Assembly: GCA_963848135.1 (NCBI GenBank)
Contig: CAWKCK010000017.1
Coordinates: forward strand, 1,218,538 to 1,282,537
Direction: 5' to 3'
Length of the DNA stretch: 64,000 bases
DNA from: an uncultured delta proteobacterium
GTDB taxonomy: Bacteria; Desulfobacterota; Desulfobacteria; Desulfobacterales; SG8-13
The notes under the pieces are model-generated. The model did not search any database and had not been told where the DNA came from. It was given only the letters and a program-made list of their open reading frames with translations. Positions 1-8,435 of this stretch are shown piece by piece; within the stretch, counting starts at the first letter, position 1; each line of letters begins with the position of its first letter. The position numbers were made by a program, and so were the translations under genes.

Positions 1-19
1 TACGGGCTTTTTCCACAGG

Positions 20-1222
20 ATGGTTACTGCAGTTATGGCGGACCAGCTTATGGCGGATTTTAATATAGGAGCGGCTGCTCTTGGTAATTTTTCCTCTTTT
101 TATTATTACAGCTACGTGACTGTACAAATTCCTACAGGAATTCTCGCCGATTACTGGGGACCCAGAAAATTGCTTACTGCAGGGACTCTTTTATCAAGTT
201 TTGGTGCTTTCACATTTGCCTTTGCCCCCTCAATCGACATGGCTAATTTTGGAAGACTTATTATCGGAGCATCAATAGGGGTTGCATGGGTCTCTATATT
301 GAAACTATCAACCCGGTGGTTTAAGCCAAACCAATATACGTTTGTCACAGGCATAGCGCTTTGTCTCGGAATATTGGGTGCATTATCTGCTGGAGTTCCT
401 TTAAGGCTCTTAATGGAGTTTTTTGGGTGGCGATGGGTAATTTGCGGTGCTGGCATAGTAACACTTTTATTATCCCTGACTATTTGGATTTTCGTGAGAG
501 ATGACCCAGTTCAAAAAGGCTATATCAGCTATGCTTCAGACAGTGCTGGTTCAAATCCTCTATCTAAAACTTCAATTCTCAACGACCTGTCAAAAACATT
601 TCGATATAAAAATACATGGATTCTCGCCATCGTTCCAGCCAGCTTGGTTGGCCCTTTATTGACCTTTGCTGGATTGTGGGGAATCCCGTACCTCACAACT
701 CACTATCATCTAACTATTGTAAAAAGTGGTACTTTAATATCCATCCTTTTAATCGCTTTTTCGCTCGGTGGACCAGTTTTGGGTATCCTCTCTGAAAAGA
801 CAGGTCGCAGAAAACCAATCTATTTTTATGCCCTCTGTATTTCTTCAATTTGTTGGGTACCCATCCTTTTCCTACAAAACATTCCTTTGTGGTTTATCAT
901 TGTTCTATTTAGCATAATAGGATTCGCCTCCAGCGCCATAGTTATTGGTATGGCTTTTGTGAAAGAATCAGTGCCTTTGGATTTGGCAGGAACAGTTACG
1001 GGTGTCTGCAATATGGGTATGGAAATGGGACCGATGTTTTTGCTACCCGCCATAGGTTGGGTTCTTGATTATAGATGGGATGGAATATTAGAGAATGGAA
1101 TCCGGAGATATGACCTCAGTGCTTATCATGTGGCCTTTATAGCAATGATCGGAATATCCATTCTGGGTACTTTGATGGTTCTTTTTACTAAAGAGACTTA
1201 TTGCATACAATTGAAAGAATGA
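20..1222 (+). CDS. MFS-family transporter (N-terminus may lie left of the window)
   Basis: 400-aa hydrophobic ORF with an MFS motif-A-like loop GILADYWGPRKLL. Opposite-strand ORFs are shadows. Confidence 0.8.
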   Translation: MVTAVMADQLMADFNIGAAALGNFSSFYYYSYVTVQIPTGILADYWGPRKLLTAGTLLSSFGAFTFAFAPSIDMANFGRLIIGASIGVAWVSILKLSTRWFKPNQYTFVTGIALCLGILGALSAGVPLRLLMEFFGWRWVICGAGIVTLLLSLTIWIFVRDDPVQKGYISYASDSAGSNPLSKTSILNDLSKTFRYKNTWILAIVPASLVGPLLTFAGLWGIPYLTTHYHLTIVKSGTLISILLIAFSLGGPVLGILSEKTGRRKPIYFYALCISSICWVPILFLQNIPLWFIIVLFSIIGFASSAIVIGMAFVKESVPLDLAGTVTGVCNMGMEMGPMFLLPAIGWVLDYRWDGILENGIRRYDLSAYHVAFIAMIGISILGTLMVLFTKETYCIQLKE

Positions 1223-1239
1223 AAGATCCCAATTCAGGG

Positions 1240-1351
1240 GAACTTGTGCCTGGTGCTATTTTCCGGCCCTATCAACCGGCGGATTTCCTGAATATATCCT
1301 GACGGTATCGTTATAATAGAGGAGAAATTAGATAGTTACGATTTTGGCAAG
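1240..1351 (+). repeat. Array junction repeat (AJR) copy 1, left/core/R segments, ending in TGGCAAG
   Basis: Aligns with 15287-15397: gaact..ctg.tgctat..cggcggatttcctgaatata.cc..cg.tatcgt..gatagtt..tggcaag. Confidence 0.8.
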
Positions 1352-1389
1352 CTGTACGACATAAAACCTATTATTTCTATTAATAATGG

Positions 1390-2325
1390 TTAGTTATAGC
1401 CCATTAAATGTATTGGTTTTTGCTCTTTGTCAAGAGTTTTTTCACCGTCACCGGTGTGGCGTTGAAGCACCTTGTTCATGGCGCTATAGTAATCACGTCG
1501 AACCTTCGGGTTGGAGACCCGACAATACCGCTGCGTGGTTTTTATGCGCGTGTGGCCGAGCAGATCCTGGATGGTAACCAGGTCGGCATCGGCGTTGAGC
1601 ATCTGCGTGGCCATCGTATGGCGAAGTTGATGGCAACAGACTCTCAGCCCTGCTTTGCTGGCATAGAGCTGCATGCGGTGCTGGATGCCGCGGGCCTTGA
1701 GCGGTTTGCCTCTAAAGCGGCCCTTTTCCACCAGGAAGAGCTTTTTGACCCGCGAGTGGGGTCTGGCTTTAAGGTAAGCAGCCAAGGCGGTGTATGCGTC
1801 CTTGCTCAGATAGACCACACGGTCTTTTAGCCCCTTGCCCTGGTAGACAAACACTTGATACCGCGGCAGGTCCAAGGCACTCAGAGTGAGATTGGTTACC
1901 TCTTCGACCCGGAGTCCGCAGCGCAGCATCAGCTTGAAGATGGCCCGGTCTCTGGGATTGTCGATGACCGCAAAGAGCGCAGAGATCTCTTCATCCCGCA
2001 GGTAGCGCGGCAGTGGCCTGGAGAGCCTTAAGGTATACCCGCGCTTGACCGGATTGCTCATTACAACCTCCTCTTCGTTGATCAGGTAATCATAAAAGCC
2101 GCGGATGCTGTCCAGGTAGCAATTGACGGTCTTGGGTTTCAAACGCTTGCTGCGCAGATAATCGATGAAGCCCAATAGTTTCTTGTGGGTGACAGCCTCC
2201 ACGGGCATATCCAGCCAGACGACAAACTGCTTCAGGGTGCTCATATAGGTTCGCAGCGTATGGGCGGAGTAATTGCGTCGCTTTAAGAACCTACGGTAGT
2301 TGATAATCGAGTTGGTAATGTCCAT
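1390..2325 (-). CDS. tyrosine recombinase (second gene of the pair)
   Basis: 311 aa with a SAM-like N-domain. Catalytic motifs are GLRVEE, HQLRHTMAT and LLGHTRIKTTQRY. Confidence 0.9.
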   Translation of the reverse strand: MDITNSIINYRRFLKRRNYSAHTLRTYMSTLKQFVVWLDMPVEAVTHKKLLGFIDYLRSKRLKPKTVNCYLDSIRGFYDYLINEEEVVMSNPVKRGYTLRLSRPLPRYLRDEEISALFAVIDNPRDRAIFKLMLRCGLRVEEVTNLTLSALDLPRYQVFVYQGKGLKDRVVYLSKDAYTALAAYLKARPHSRVKKLFLVEKGRFRGKPLKARGIQHRMQLYASKAGLRVCCHQLRHTMATQMLNADADLVTIQDLLGHTRIKTTQRYCRVSNPKVRRDYYSAMNKVLQRHTGDGEKTLDKEQKPIHLMGYN

Positions 2326-3379
2326 GGAGTTCTCCCTTTTCGACGATGGCCATGGCTTTGTAGTATTGTTCCCGGCGCGTGTTGTCGGTCAGCCGGGCAT
2401 AGCGGCGGGTCATTTCGATGCAGCTGTGCCCGAGAAGCTCCTGCAAACACTGCAGCGGCATACCGGCGTTGAGCAGCTCTGTGGCGAAGGTGTGCCGCAG
2501 GCAGTGCAGGGTGTATCCCTTGTGGGCCAGTCCGGATTTTTGCAGATAGGCGTTGAAGATTAGGCGGGCAGCCGCATAACCCAGGGCTCGCCCGCAGTTG
2601 CCGTAGAAGATGAACCCGCTTTGTCTTCTCCTGGTGTTCAGCCATTTTATTAGAGCGCTTCGGGCATCATCGCTCAAATAGACAACGCGTCCGACCCGGT
2701 TCTTTTGTGCTTCTATGATTTGTATAATATTTTCCCGCAGGTTGAGATCTTCCACTTTGGTGCCGAGCAGCTCGCCGATGCGCATCCCGGTTCGCAACAA
2801 TGTCAATACCAGGGCGCGATCACGCGGTTTTTTGACTACGGCCAACAGCTGCTTGATATGATCCGGATCAATGGCCCGCGGCAGGGCATCGGGAACTTTA
2901 ATGCGCAGTTTGCGCTTGAGCAGATCCGGGTGAAGCACATCGCGATCGATCAAAAAGTTGATAAAGGCATACAGGCAGCGCAACTGAGTGCTGACCGTAT
3001 TGGGTGAAAGCCCGCGGTCTTGCTCATGTTCAACGAATTCGGCGATGTGCTCGCGGGTGATGGCGTGCAGTTGATTGGTGCCACTGTCTTTGAGAAAAAG
3101 TAAAAAACCGGTAATGTTGCCACCGTTGGATCGGATCGTGTTGGGTCGGCAATTGCGTCGATGCTGATTGAGCAAATACGCCCTGACATGCTCTGCAGCC
3201 ATGAGATCCTGCACGGTGATTTTGCGTAGGATTCGGTCAATAAGAGGATTGAAAGTGAAGGGATTTCGATCGAAATTGGAACGGACCGAGGACGAACGAA
3301 TTGATTTGTCCTTGCCGGACCGATGCCTTTTGAGTTGATCGGTCTGGATTTCTGCGGAAACGTGTTCGAGGTTCATCAC
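2291..3379 (-). CDS. tyrosine recombinase (first gene of the pair)
   Basis: 362 aa with GMRIGEL, HCLRHTFAT and LLGHSCIEMTRRY. Its 3' end overlaps the next recombinase gene by 35 nt. Confidence 0.9.
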   Translation of the reverse strand: MMNLEHVSAEIQTDQLKRHRSGKDKSIRSSSVRSNFDRNPFTFNPLIDRILRKITVQDLMAAEHVRAYLLNQHRRNCRPNTIRSNGGNITGFLLFLKDSGTNQLHAITREHIAEFVEHEQDRGLSPNTVSTQLRCLYAFINFLIDRDVLHPDLLKRKLRIKVPDALPRAIDPDHIKQLLAVVKKPRDRALVLTLLRTGMRIGELLGTKVEDLNLRENIIQIIEAQKNRVGRVVYLSDDARSALIKWLNTRRRQSGFIFYGNCGRALGYAAARLIFNAYLQKSGLAHKGYTLHCLRHTFATELLNAGMPLQCLQELLGHSCIEMTRRYARLTDNTRREQYYKAMAIVEKGELHGHYQLDYQLP

Positions 3380-3464
3380 TGCCTCCTTTCGTTTTTAGCA
3401 GAAAAAACAGGCAGATAATGACCTCTGTAACACTTTCAGTCAATTACCTTTTTATGTCGTACAG

Positions 3465-3530
3465 TGGCAAGAAATGTTTAGTGGTGAACCACTTTGTAGT
3501 ATTGACGGGATTTTGTTTAACGTGAAATGA
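3465..3530 (+). repeat. AJR copy 1 resumed after the insertion (TGGCAAG + gtaTTGACg segment)
   Basis: tggcaag..tagtattgacggg matches the tggcaag..gagtattgacc segment of the other copies. Confidence 0.6.
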
Positions 3531-3991
3531 ACGTTGACGTAAGATCATAACTTAAGATGATAAAGAGATAAGGAAAATATGCCCGGTATTCTAACTTAAC
3601 AGGTTTTACAAAAACTGGGAGTAAAGTACTACTATGCGTATTAAGATATTCTTTGCCAGGGTGCTCGACGCTGTTTTTGGTTGTCTGCTAACGGTTGCAT
3701 GTTGCAACCTATTATCTGTAGTATTGGTATTCATAAACATCTTAAATATAGCGAATCCTCTATTGGCAGTCCAACATCCTTGACAAACTGCAACGAGTTA
3801 GTAGCTTAAATCCAAACTTGGGTTGTTAAATGGCCTTGTAATACTTCCAGCATCTCTTCTGTTTCCAGATATTCGCATCTAAAACTTCATAAGTAATCTT
3901 ATGAAGCCTTGTATGGAGTCAGATAATTCTTATCCGATCAATCTTAAATTAATCATCAATTCAGTACCAATAGACAATAAACAAAGAAAGG

Positions 3992-4486
3992 ATGAACCCA
4001 ATGAGCACAAATGATCTATTTGTATACGCAGCGGCATATGACGATGAAGGGGACGCACGTTCCGACCTGGAGACATTTCAGGAGTTAGCTTCGGTAGGCG
4101 TCGTCGGCAAATGTGATACTGCGGTATTGACCAAGGGTGAGGACGGAAAAGTCCACGTTGAGAAGCATGGCACTGCCTCTAAAAGCGTCGGTTGGAAGGG
4201 TGCTATCGCTGGAGGAATTGTGGGGCTTCTTTTTCCGCCGTCAATTTTAGTCGGCAGCCTTGCCGGTGGTGCCGCCGGTGCACTGGCCGGGAAGCTATGG
4301 GGCGGTATGTCCCGCTCCAATCTTAAAGAGATCGGTGAGGCTCTCGACGAACACGAGACCGGGCTGGTCATTGTGGGTGAATCCACCGTCGACGAGTTTG
4401 TCGAGAAAGCACTAAAAAAAGCTAAAAAACGCATTCGCAAAGAATTGAATACCAAACTTGACGACATCGAGAAGGAGTTAGAATAG
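3992..4486 (+). CDS. DUF1269-like small membrane protein (glycine-zipper TM)
   Basis: 164 aa. Central segment GAIAGGIVGLLFPPSILVGSLAGGAAGALAG, charged C-tail, purine-rich RBS. Confidence 0.75.
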   Translation: MNPMSTNDLFVYAAAYDDEGDARSDLETFQELASVGVVGKCDTAVLTKGEDGKVHVEKHGTASKSVGWKGAIAGGIVGLLFPPSILVGSLAGGAAGALAGKLWGGMSRSNLKEIGEALDEHETGLVIVGESTVDEFVEKALKKAKKRIRKELNTKLDDIEKELE

Positions 4487-4541
4487 CAGAGCTTTTTAAA
4501 TCTAATTTGGAATAGTTTTGATTTGAAATGGATGTAAATTT

Positions 4542-4570
4542 GGCAGGACCAGAAATGGCCCTGCCTTTTA
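4542..4570 (+). terminator. rho-independent terminator (GGCAGG..CCTGCC + T-run)
   Basis: Hairpin ggcaggacc-agaaat-ggccctgcc followed by tttta. Confidence 0.6.
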
Positions 4571-4604
4571 TTTGGAACAATTACATTTGTTGCTGTCAAA
4601 ACGC

Positions 4605-4717
4605 AAACTCAATGTACCTGCTATGACCTTTGAGCTATCACATGGTTGGTTTGCTTGAGATAGCCGAATCGTATATTCATTTTTAACGGTATTTTTGATA
4701 GTTACGGAAGTGGCAAT
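4605..4717 (+). repeat. AJR copy 2 (uninterrupted left-core-R)
   Basis: aaactcaatgtacctgctatgacctttgagctatc..ttgcttgagatagccgaatcgtatattcatttttaacggtatttttgatagttacggaagtggcaat. Confidence 0.85.
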
Positions 4718-5037
4718 ATTTTTTATAACCCCACCACAAATATTCACCGATAGGTCACACACCAAAACAGTACAATGTATTATAAATATCTAAAATAATA
4801 TATTTTTGTTGACATTATTTCTCCTCAACAATAATGAATTTAATATTCAGCTCCTTCCGCATCTGATGCTCCATACCGAATCTACATCCATTGTATAAAT
4901 TATCTAAATCCACTGAGCTGATTTTCGACAAGATTTATATAGCCGACCAAGTTTTTAATTACCGTTCAATTACTGGTAACACCTAAACAATACTACAATA
5001 GTTGACTATTAGATTTGCTTCCCAGAGGAGGAATCCT

Positions 5038-6354
5038 TTGAAACTAAAAAATAAATGGAATCTGTTCTGTTTGAGTGTTTTATTTCTTGTATTTGGATTA
5101 CTCATGGCTTCATGTGGTGGTGGTGGGACTGGTAACAATAGTCCGCCAAGCCCTGCTACACTGTCTGAGGCAAAAATAACGGTCACCTCAGATGATCAAG
5201 TCGCGACTGTAATGTTTGTTGATGGCTCAGATACTTGGGATGCTGAATATGTAAGTTCTTGCCTGGAAGATTGTATTTCAGACACTGACGATCCTTTAGG
5301 GCCATGGTACGGTCAGTCAGTTAACTTTAAAGGTATCGAATCTGGAGGTAAAGAATTAATCTATCGCTACAAACTTGAATTTGACCAGGATGTTGAAGTT
5401 TCTTCAATTGAAATATCAGGAACTGGGTGGGGTAAGTTTCGGTTATTAGATGAAAGCATGAATGATCTAATAAATATTGATCTTCCTGGTGGCAATAATT
5501 TTCATACTTATACTATTCATACCCATGGATCGGATAGTAAAATTTACTATATGGAAGAAATTGATAGTGTGAATACTGTTTCTCGATACCGTTCAAATAT
5601 TGAGGCCCATTTCTCACAAACGTGCGCTTCAAAGGCCAATATTATCCTTGATGGCAGCATTTATAGCAGTATCTCAGGGACTGGATGGTTTGTAGAAGAG
5701 GCTTCGATTGGTGCTTATTCGAATTACGACCCATCTGGTGGCACTTATATATGGGTTGAATATGAAACCTATTTAACCGAGGGGGAATGGAACATAGGGC
5801 TATGTGCCATTAATTGGGGCGATCTCGGCCCTGATCCCGAATGGTATCCTTATTTCGAGCTTTCAGTTATCGTTAAACGCGAAAATGATACCGTGGCAGA
5901 CAGTATCATTACAGTACCAGCAAGTGACACCAGTTTGAATTCGGGATATTATACCGTTAAAGTACCTGAAAATGGGCTATATAAGGTAAGATTCGCGTGG
6001 CTAAATGATAAATATGAAGAAACCAGACCTGATGGATCAATGGCTTTAGATGCCAATATAAAAATAGCAAGGGTATTCTTTGACAGCGATGATGACGATG
6101 ACGGTGTTCCAAACATCAACGATGTTTGCCCAGAAACTGCATTCGGAGCAAACGTGGATATAGATGGATGCAGTGGAGCGCAAATCGTGGACCGAGAGTG
6201 TCCATGCGATGATAGTTGGAAAAATCATGGTGAGTATGTAAGTTGTGTCGCTCATGTCGCAGAAGAGCAGCTGGAATCCAACTTTATCACCCCCGTAGAG
6301 AAAGAGGCTATCGTATCCACACATGCTAAAAGCGTCTGTGGGAAAAAGGGATAA
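5038..6354 (+). CDS. secreted lipoprotein with an Asp-rich thrombospondin-type-3-like Ca-binding repeat
   Basis: TTG start 6 nt after GAGGAGG. Signal peptide with lipobox LLMASC. C-terminal DSDDDDDGVPNINDVCP..DIDGCS. Confidence 0.75.
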   Translation: MKLKNKWNLFCLSVLFLVFGLLMASCGGGGTGNNSPPSPATLSEAKITVTSDDQVATVMFVDGSDTWDAEYVSSCLEDCISDTDDPLGPWYGQSVNFKGIESGGKELIYRYKLEFDQDVEVSSIEISGTGWGKFRLLDESMNDLINIDLPGGNNFHTYTIHTHGSDSKIYYMEEIDSVNTVSRYRSNIEAHFSQTCASKANIILDGSIYSSISGTGWFVEEASIGAYSNYDPSGGTYIWVEYETYLTEGEWNIGLCAINWGDLGPDPEWYPYFELSVIVKRENDTVADSIITVPASDTSLNSGYYTVKVPENGLYKVRFAWLNDKYEETRPDGSMALDANIKIARVFFDSDDDDDGVPNINDVCPETAFGANVDIDGCSGAQIVDRECPCDDSWKNHGEYVSCVAHVAEEQLESNFITPVEKEAIVSTHAKSVCGKKG

Positions 6355-6434
6355 ATATTGATTGAGCGTTAGGGTGAAATTTACCTCCGCCAAACTGCTC
6401 CTGATAGCGGCTTGAAAGAGCCTTAATATCATGA

Positions 6435-6468
6435 AGGCCAACCCAGCCAACTGATGGTTGGCCTTTTC
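6435..6468 (+). terminator. rho-independent terminator
   Basis: 9-bp stem aggccaacc/ggttggcct followed by tttt. Confidence 0.65.
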
Positions 6469-6530
6469 CAGTTTAAATTTGGATTTGATTTTAATATCTC
6501 AGGGAATATGCAAAAGCACCTTTCTGGCAT

Positions 6531-6672
6531 ATCTCCAACGTATCTTAAATATATTTGCCCTTCGATTATTTCCACATTGTAAACAAATCGTAAGGCGAGA
6601 CCGACTCACACTTACTGCTATGACCTTTAAGCTATCATCTGGCCGATTTGCTTGAGATAGCCAACCGGTATC
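6531..6672 (+). repeat. AJR copy 3, left half (ends ..cttgagatagccaaccGGTATC)
   Basis: ctccaacgtatc..cttactgctatgacctttaagctatcatctggccgatttgcttgagatagcc. Confidence 0.85.
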
Positions 6673-6718
6673 TAACGAATAGAGGGGTGAAGCCAACCAA
6701 GGGATTCACCCCTTTCGT

Positions 6719-7556
6719 TTAGCAATATAGGTTTTCAATCCACCTCATCGCCTCTGTATCACTGATTGTTCCAAGATACCGCTGAGTGGTTGCAAGATTT
6801 GCGTGACGGAGAATGACCTTGCTCACGATTTCGATTGGCGCTCCGGATCGAGAGGCATAAGTAGCCGAATGCCGCCGCAGTTCATGGGGTCTCAAATGGA
6901 TACCGACCATCTTTCCCGCTTTTTTTACAACCAGCCTGGCCGCTGCATAAGTAATCGGGAAAATGCGATCATCTGGCCTGTTATAAGTCTTAATGGCATA
7001 GTCACGAAGCCTGGCAGCCACTTTCTGCGGGATGAACACAATCTCATGCTCTTTACCGCTTTTCGGTTCTCGCAGGATCAGCTTTCGATCCTGGATGTCA
7101 TTCACTCTGAGTTTTAACACTTCACCGATTCGCATCCCGCCACGGGCCATCAGTTCAAGCATCAAACGATTACGAATTTTGGTGGTTCGGAAAATGATTT
7201 CATCAACGGTCTCTTTTTCGATGATTTCCCATCTGGATACCACCCTTTCCCGATACAGTTTTCGGATCATAGGCGTATCGCAAGGATTGCCTATACCAGA
7301 GTCGATGTTATTGCGGAAAAAATTGAAAAAGGCGGACAGGTAGGAATAACGGACTCGCTTTGTGTAGGGCTTGTTACCATTGGTAAAGCTGTTCAGAAAG
7401 GAAAGGACATCATCCGGTGTAACCTGTTCAATCTCAGCATCACCGAACTCCCGGCAGAATCGGTCAATAACTGACCAATAGGACCGAACGGTATTTTTTT
7501 TTCGAGTGGGCCTTGTGGTAATCGATCCATATTTTTGCGGCTTCGGCCACTTTCAT
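6719..7556 (-). CDS. AJR-embedded tyrosine recombinase, copy 1; full length needs a one-base correction in an A9 tract
   Basis: ATG at 7556 with RBS gaggagg. The frame breaks in A9 (7494-7502). With 8 A's the reading is MKVAEAAKIWIDYHKAHSKKNTVRSYWSVIDRFCREFGDAEI..MARGGMRIGEV..HELRRHSATYA..ILRHANLATTQRY, about 279 aa. Confidence 0.8.
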
Positions 7557-7613
7557 GGTTTACCTCCTCTGGTTATTGATGTTTGACAATCGGGGAAATC
7601 CCGAGGTAAACCA

Positions 7614-7643
7614 ATGATACTCAGAAAGTATATTCAGTTTCAA
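7614..7643 (-). promoter_or_regulatory. candidate recombinase promoter spanning the module/AJR junction (TTGAAA-N18-TATCAT)
   Basis: The -35 lies in the AJR right half (7638-7643) and the -10 in the module (7614-7619). The same geometry occurs at 19275-19304. Confidence 0.45.
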
Positions 7644-7674
7644 CGCTATTTTCGATAGTTACGAGACTGGCAAG
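7628..7674 (+). repeat. AJR copy 3, right half
   Basis: gtatattcagtttcaacgctattttcgatagttacgagactggcaag matches 4671-4717. Confidence 0.85.
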
Positions 7675-7755
7675 ATACTCATAGCTACGAATGCAGCGTA
7701 TAGAGGCAGAATAGCCCGATTAAGCTCCATTCCTTTTATCAATTTACCAAAATTC

Positions 7756-7784
7756 TTGACAATTCTTAACTCACCACATTAATG
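7756..7784 (+). promoter_or_regulatory. candidate sigma70 promoter (TTGACA-N17/18-TTAATGG)
   Basis: Sequence motif about 100 nt upstream of the DsrE-like gene. Confidence 0.4.
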
Positions 7785-7882
7785 GTTTTTAAACCAATCA
7801 CTGAGACAGATAGAGGTATAAAAATCATTATGACAAATGCGTAGTTTTCCATGCGCAAAAGAAAAAATTAAAGGGACTAAAA

Positions 7883-8233
7883 ATGGCGAAGATAACAATT
7901 TACCTGAAAAGAGGAGACGTAGATGCTGCCACGCGCGCGTTTCAAATGGCCAAGTTGGCGCATTCCCAGGGGCATCAAACTAGCCTGTTCATGTCCGATG
8001 ATGGCGTGTATTGGGCGGACAAAAACCGGAGTTTGGACGAAAAGACCGGAACCAACGACACGGCAAGCGAATTTTTTCCCTATCTGGTGGAAAACGAGGT
8101 GCCGATCTACGTCTGACCTCCCTGCGCTGAAGCTCGCCAGGTTGGCGAGGAAAACTTCTATTCCAACATGACCCTGGCCGGGGCCCCGAAATTGATCGAA
8201 CTGGCAGCAGAAGGGAGTGTAATAAGTTTCTAA
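7883..8233 (+). CDS. DsrE/DsrF-like selenoprotein (in-frame UGA at 8114-8116)
   Basis: The frame stays open through TGA: ..VPIYV-U-PPCAEARQVGEENFYSNMTLAGAPKLIELAAEGSVISF*. The post-UGA part completes the DsrE fold, with U at the conserved Cys position. Confidence 0.75.
8133..8149 (+). promoter_or_regulatory. SECIS-like hairpin (CTCGCCA-GGT-TGGCGAG)
   Basis: Perfect 7-bp stem with a GGU apical loop, starting 16 nt after the UGA. Confidence 0.6.
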
Positions 8234-8435
8234 AGGCCAAAGGCAGACTTTCTGAGCTTGCCCGGGGTATTTGTATTGGCCGATCCATTTTCTCATAAGG
8301 ACTTATGGTGTAAAAGATCAGGGCAGAGATTTGATTTTCTTTACCTTCACCTAAGAGTCTTGAGCGTCATCACTACACATTGTGGTTCCAGTCAAATCAA
8401 CAAATTTAAATTTATACATACTTGAATTCAGGGGG

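Larger units (their letters stand above)
1352..3464 (-). mobile_element. 2.1-kb element carrying two overlapping tyrosine-recombinase genes, with 15-bp terminal inverted repeats
   Basis: CTGTACGACATAAAA at 1352-1366 matches its reverse complement at 3450-3464. TGGCAAG lies on both flanks (1345-1351 and 3465-3471). The element interrupts AJR copy 1. Confidence 0.75.

Noticed and set aside
3634-3783. 49-aa hydrophobic ORF (MRIKIFFARVLDAVFGCLL..) upstream of the DUF1269-like gene
   Set aside because: RBS spacing is weak and there is no supporting feature. It could be real, but that cannot be supported.
4660-4700. dif/Xer-like core in the repeat (GTATATTCATTTTTAAC versus the XerD arm ..TGTATATTATGTTAAAT)
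   Set aside because: Only about 8/11 matches, needing an indel. The XerC-arm side does not match, and the motif is present in only some copies. This is too weak to call a pdif-type module system.
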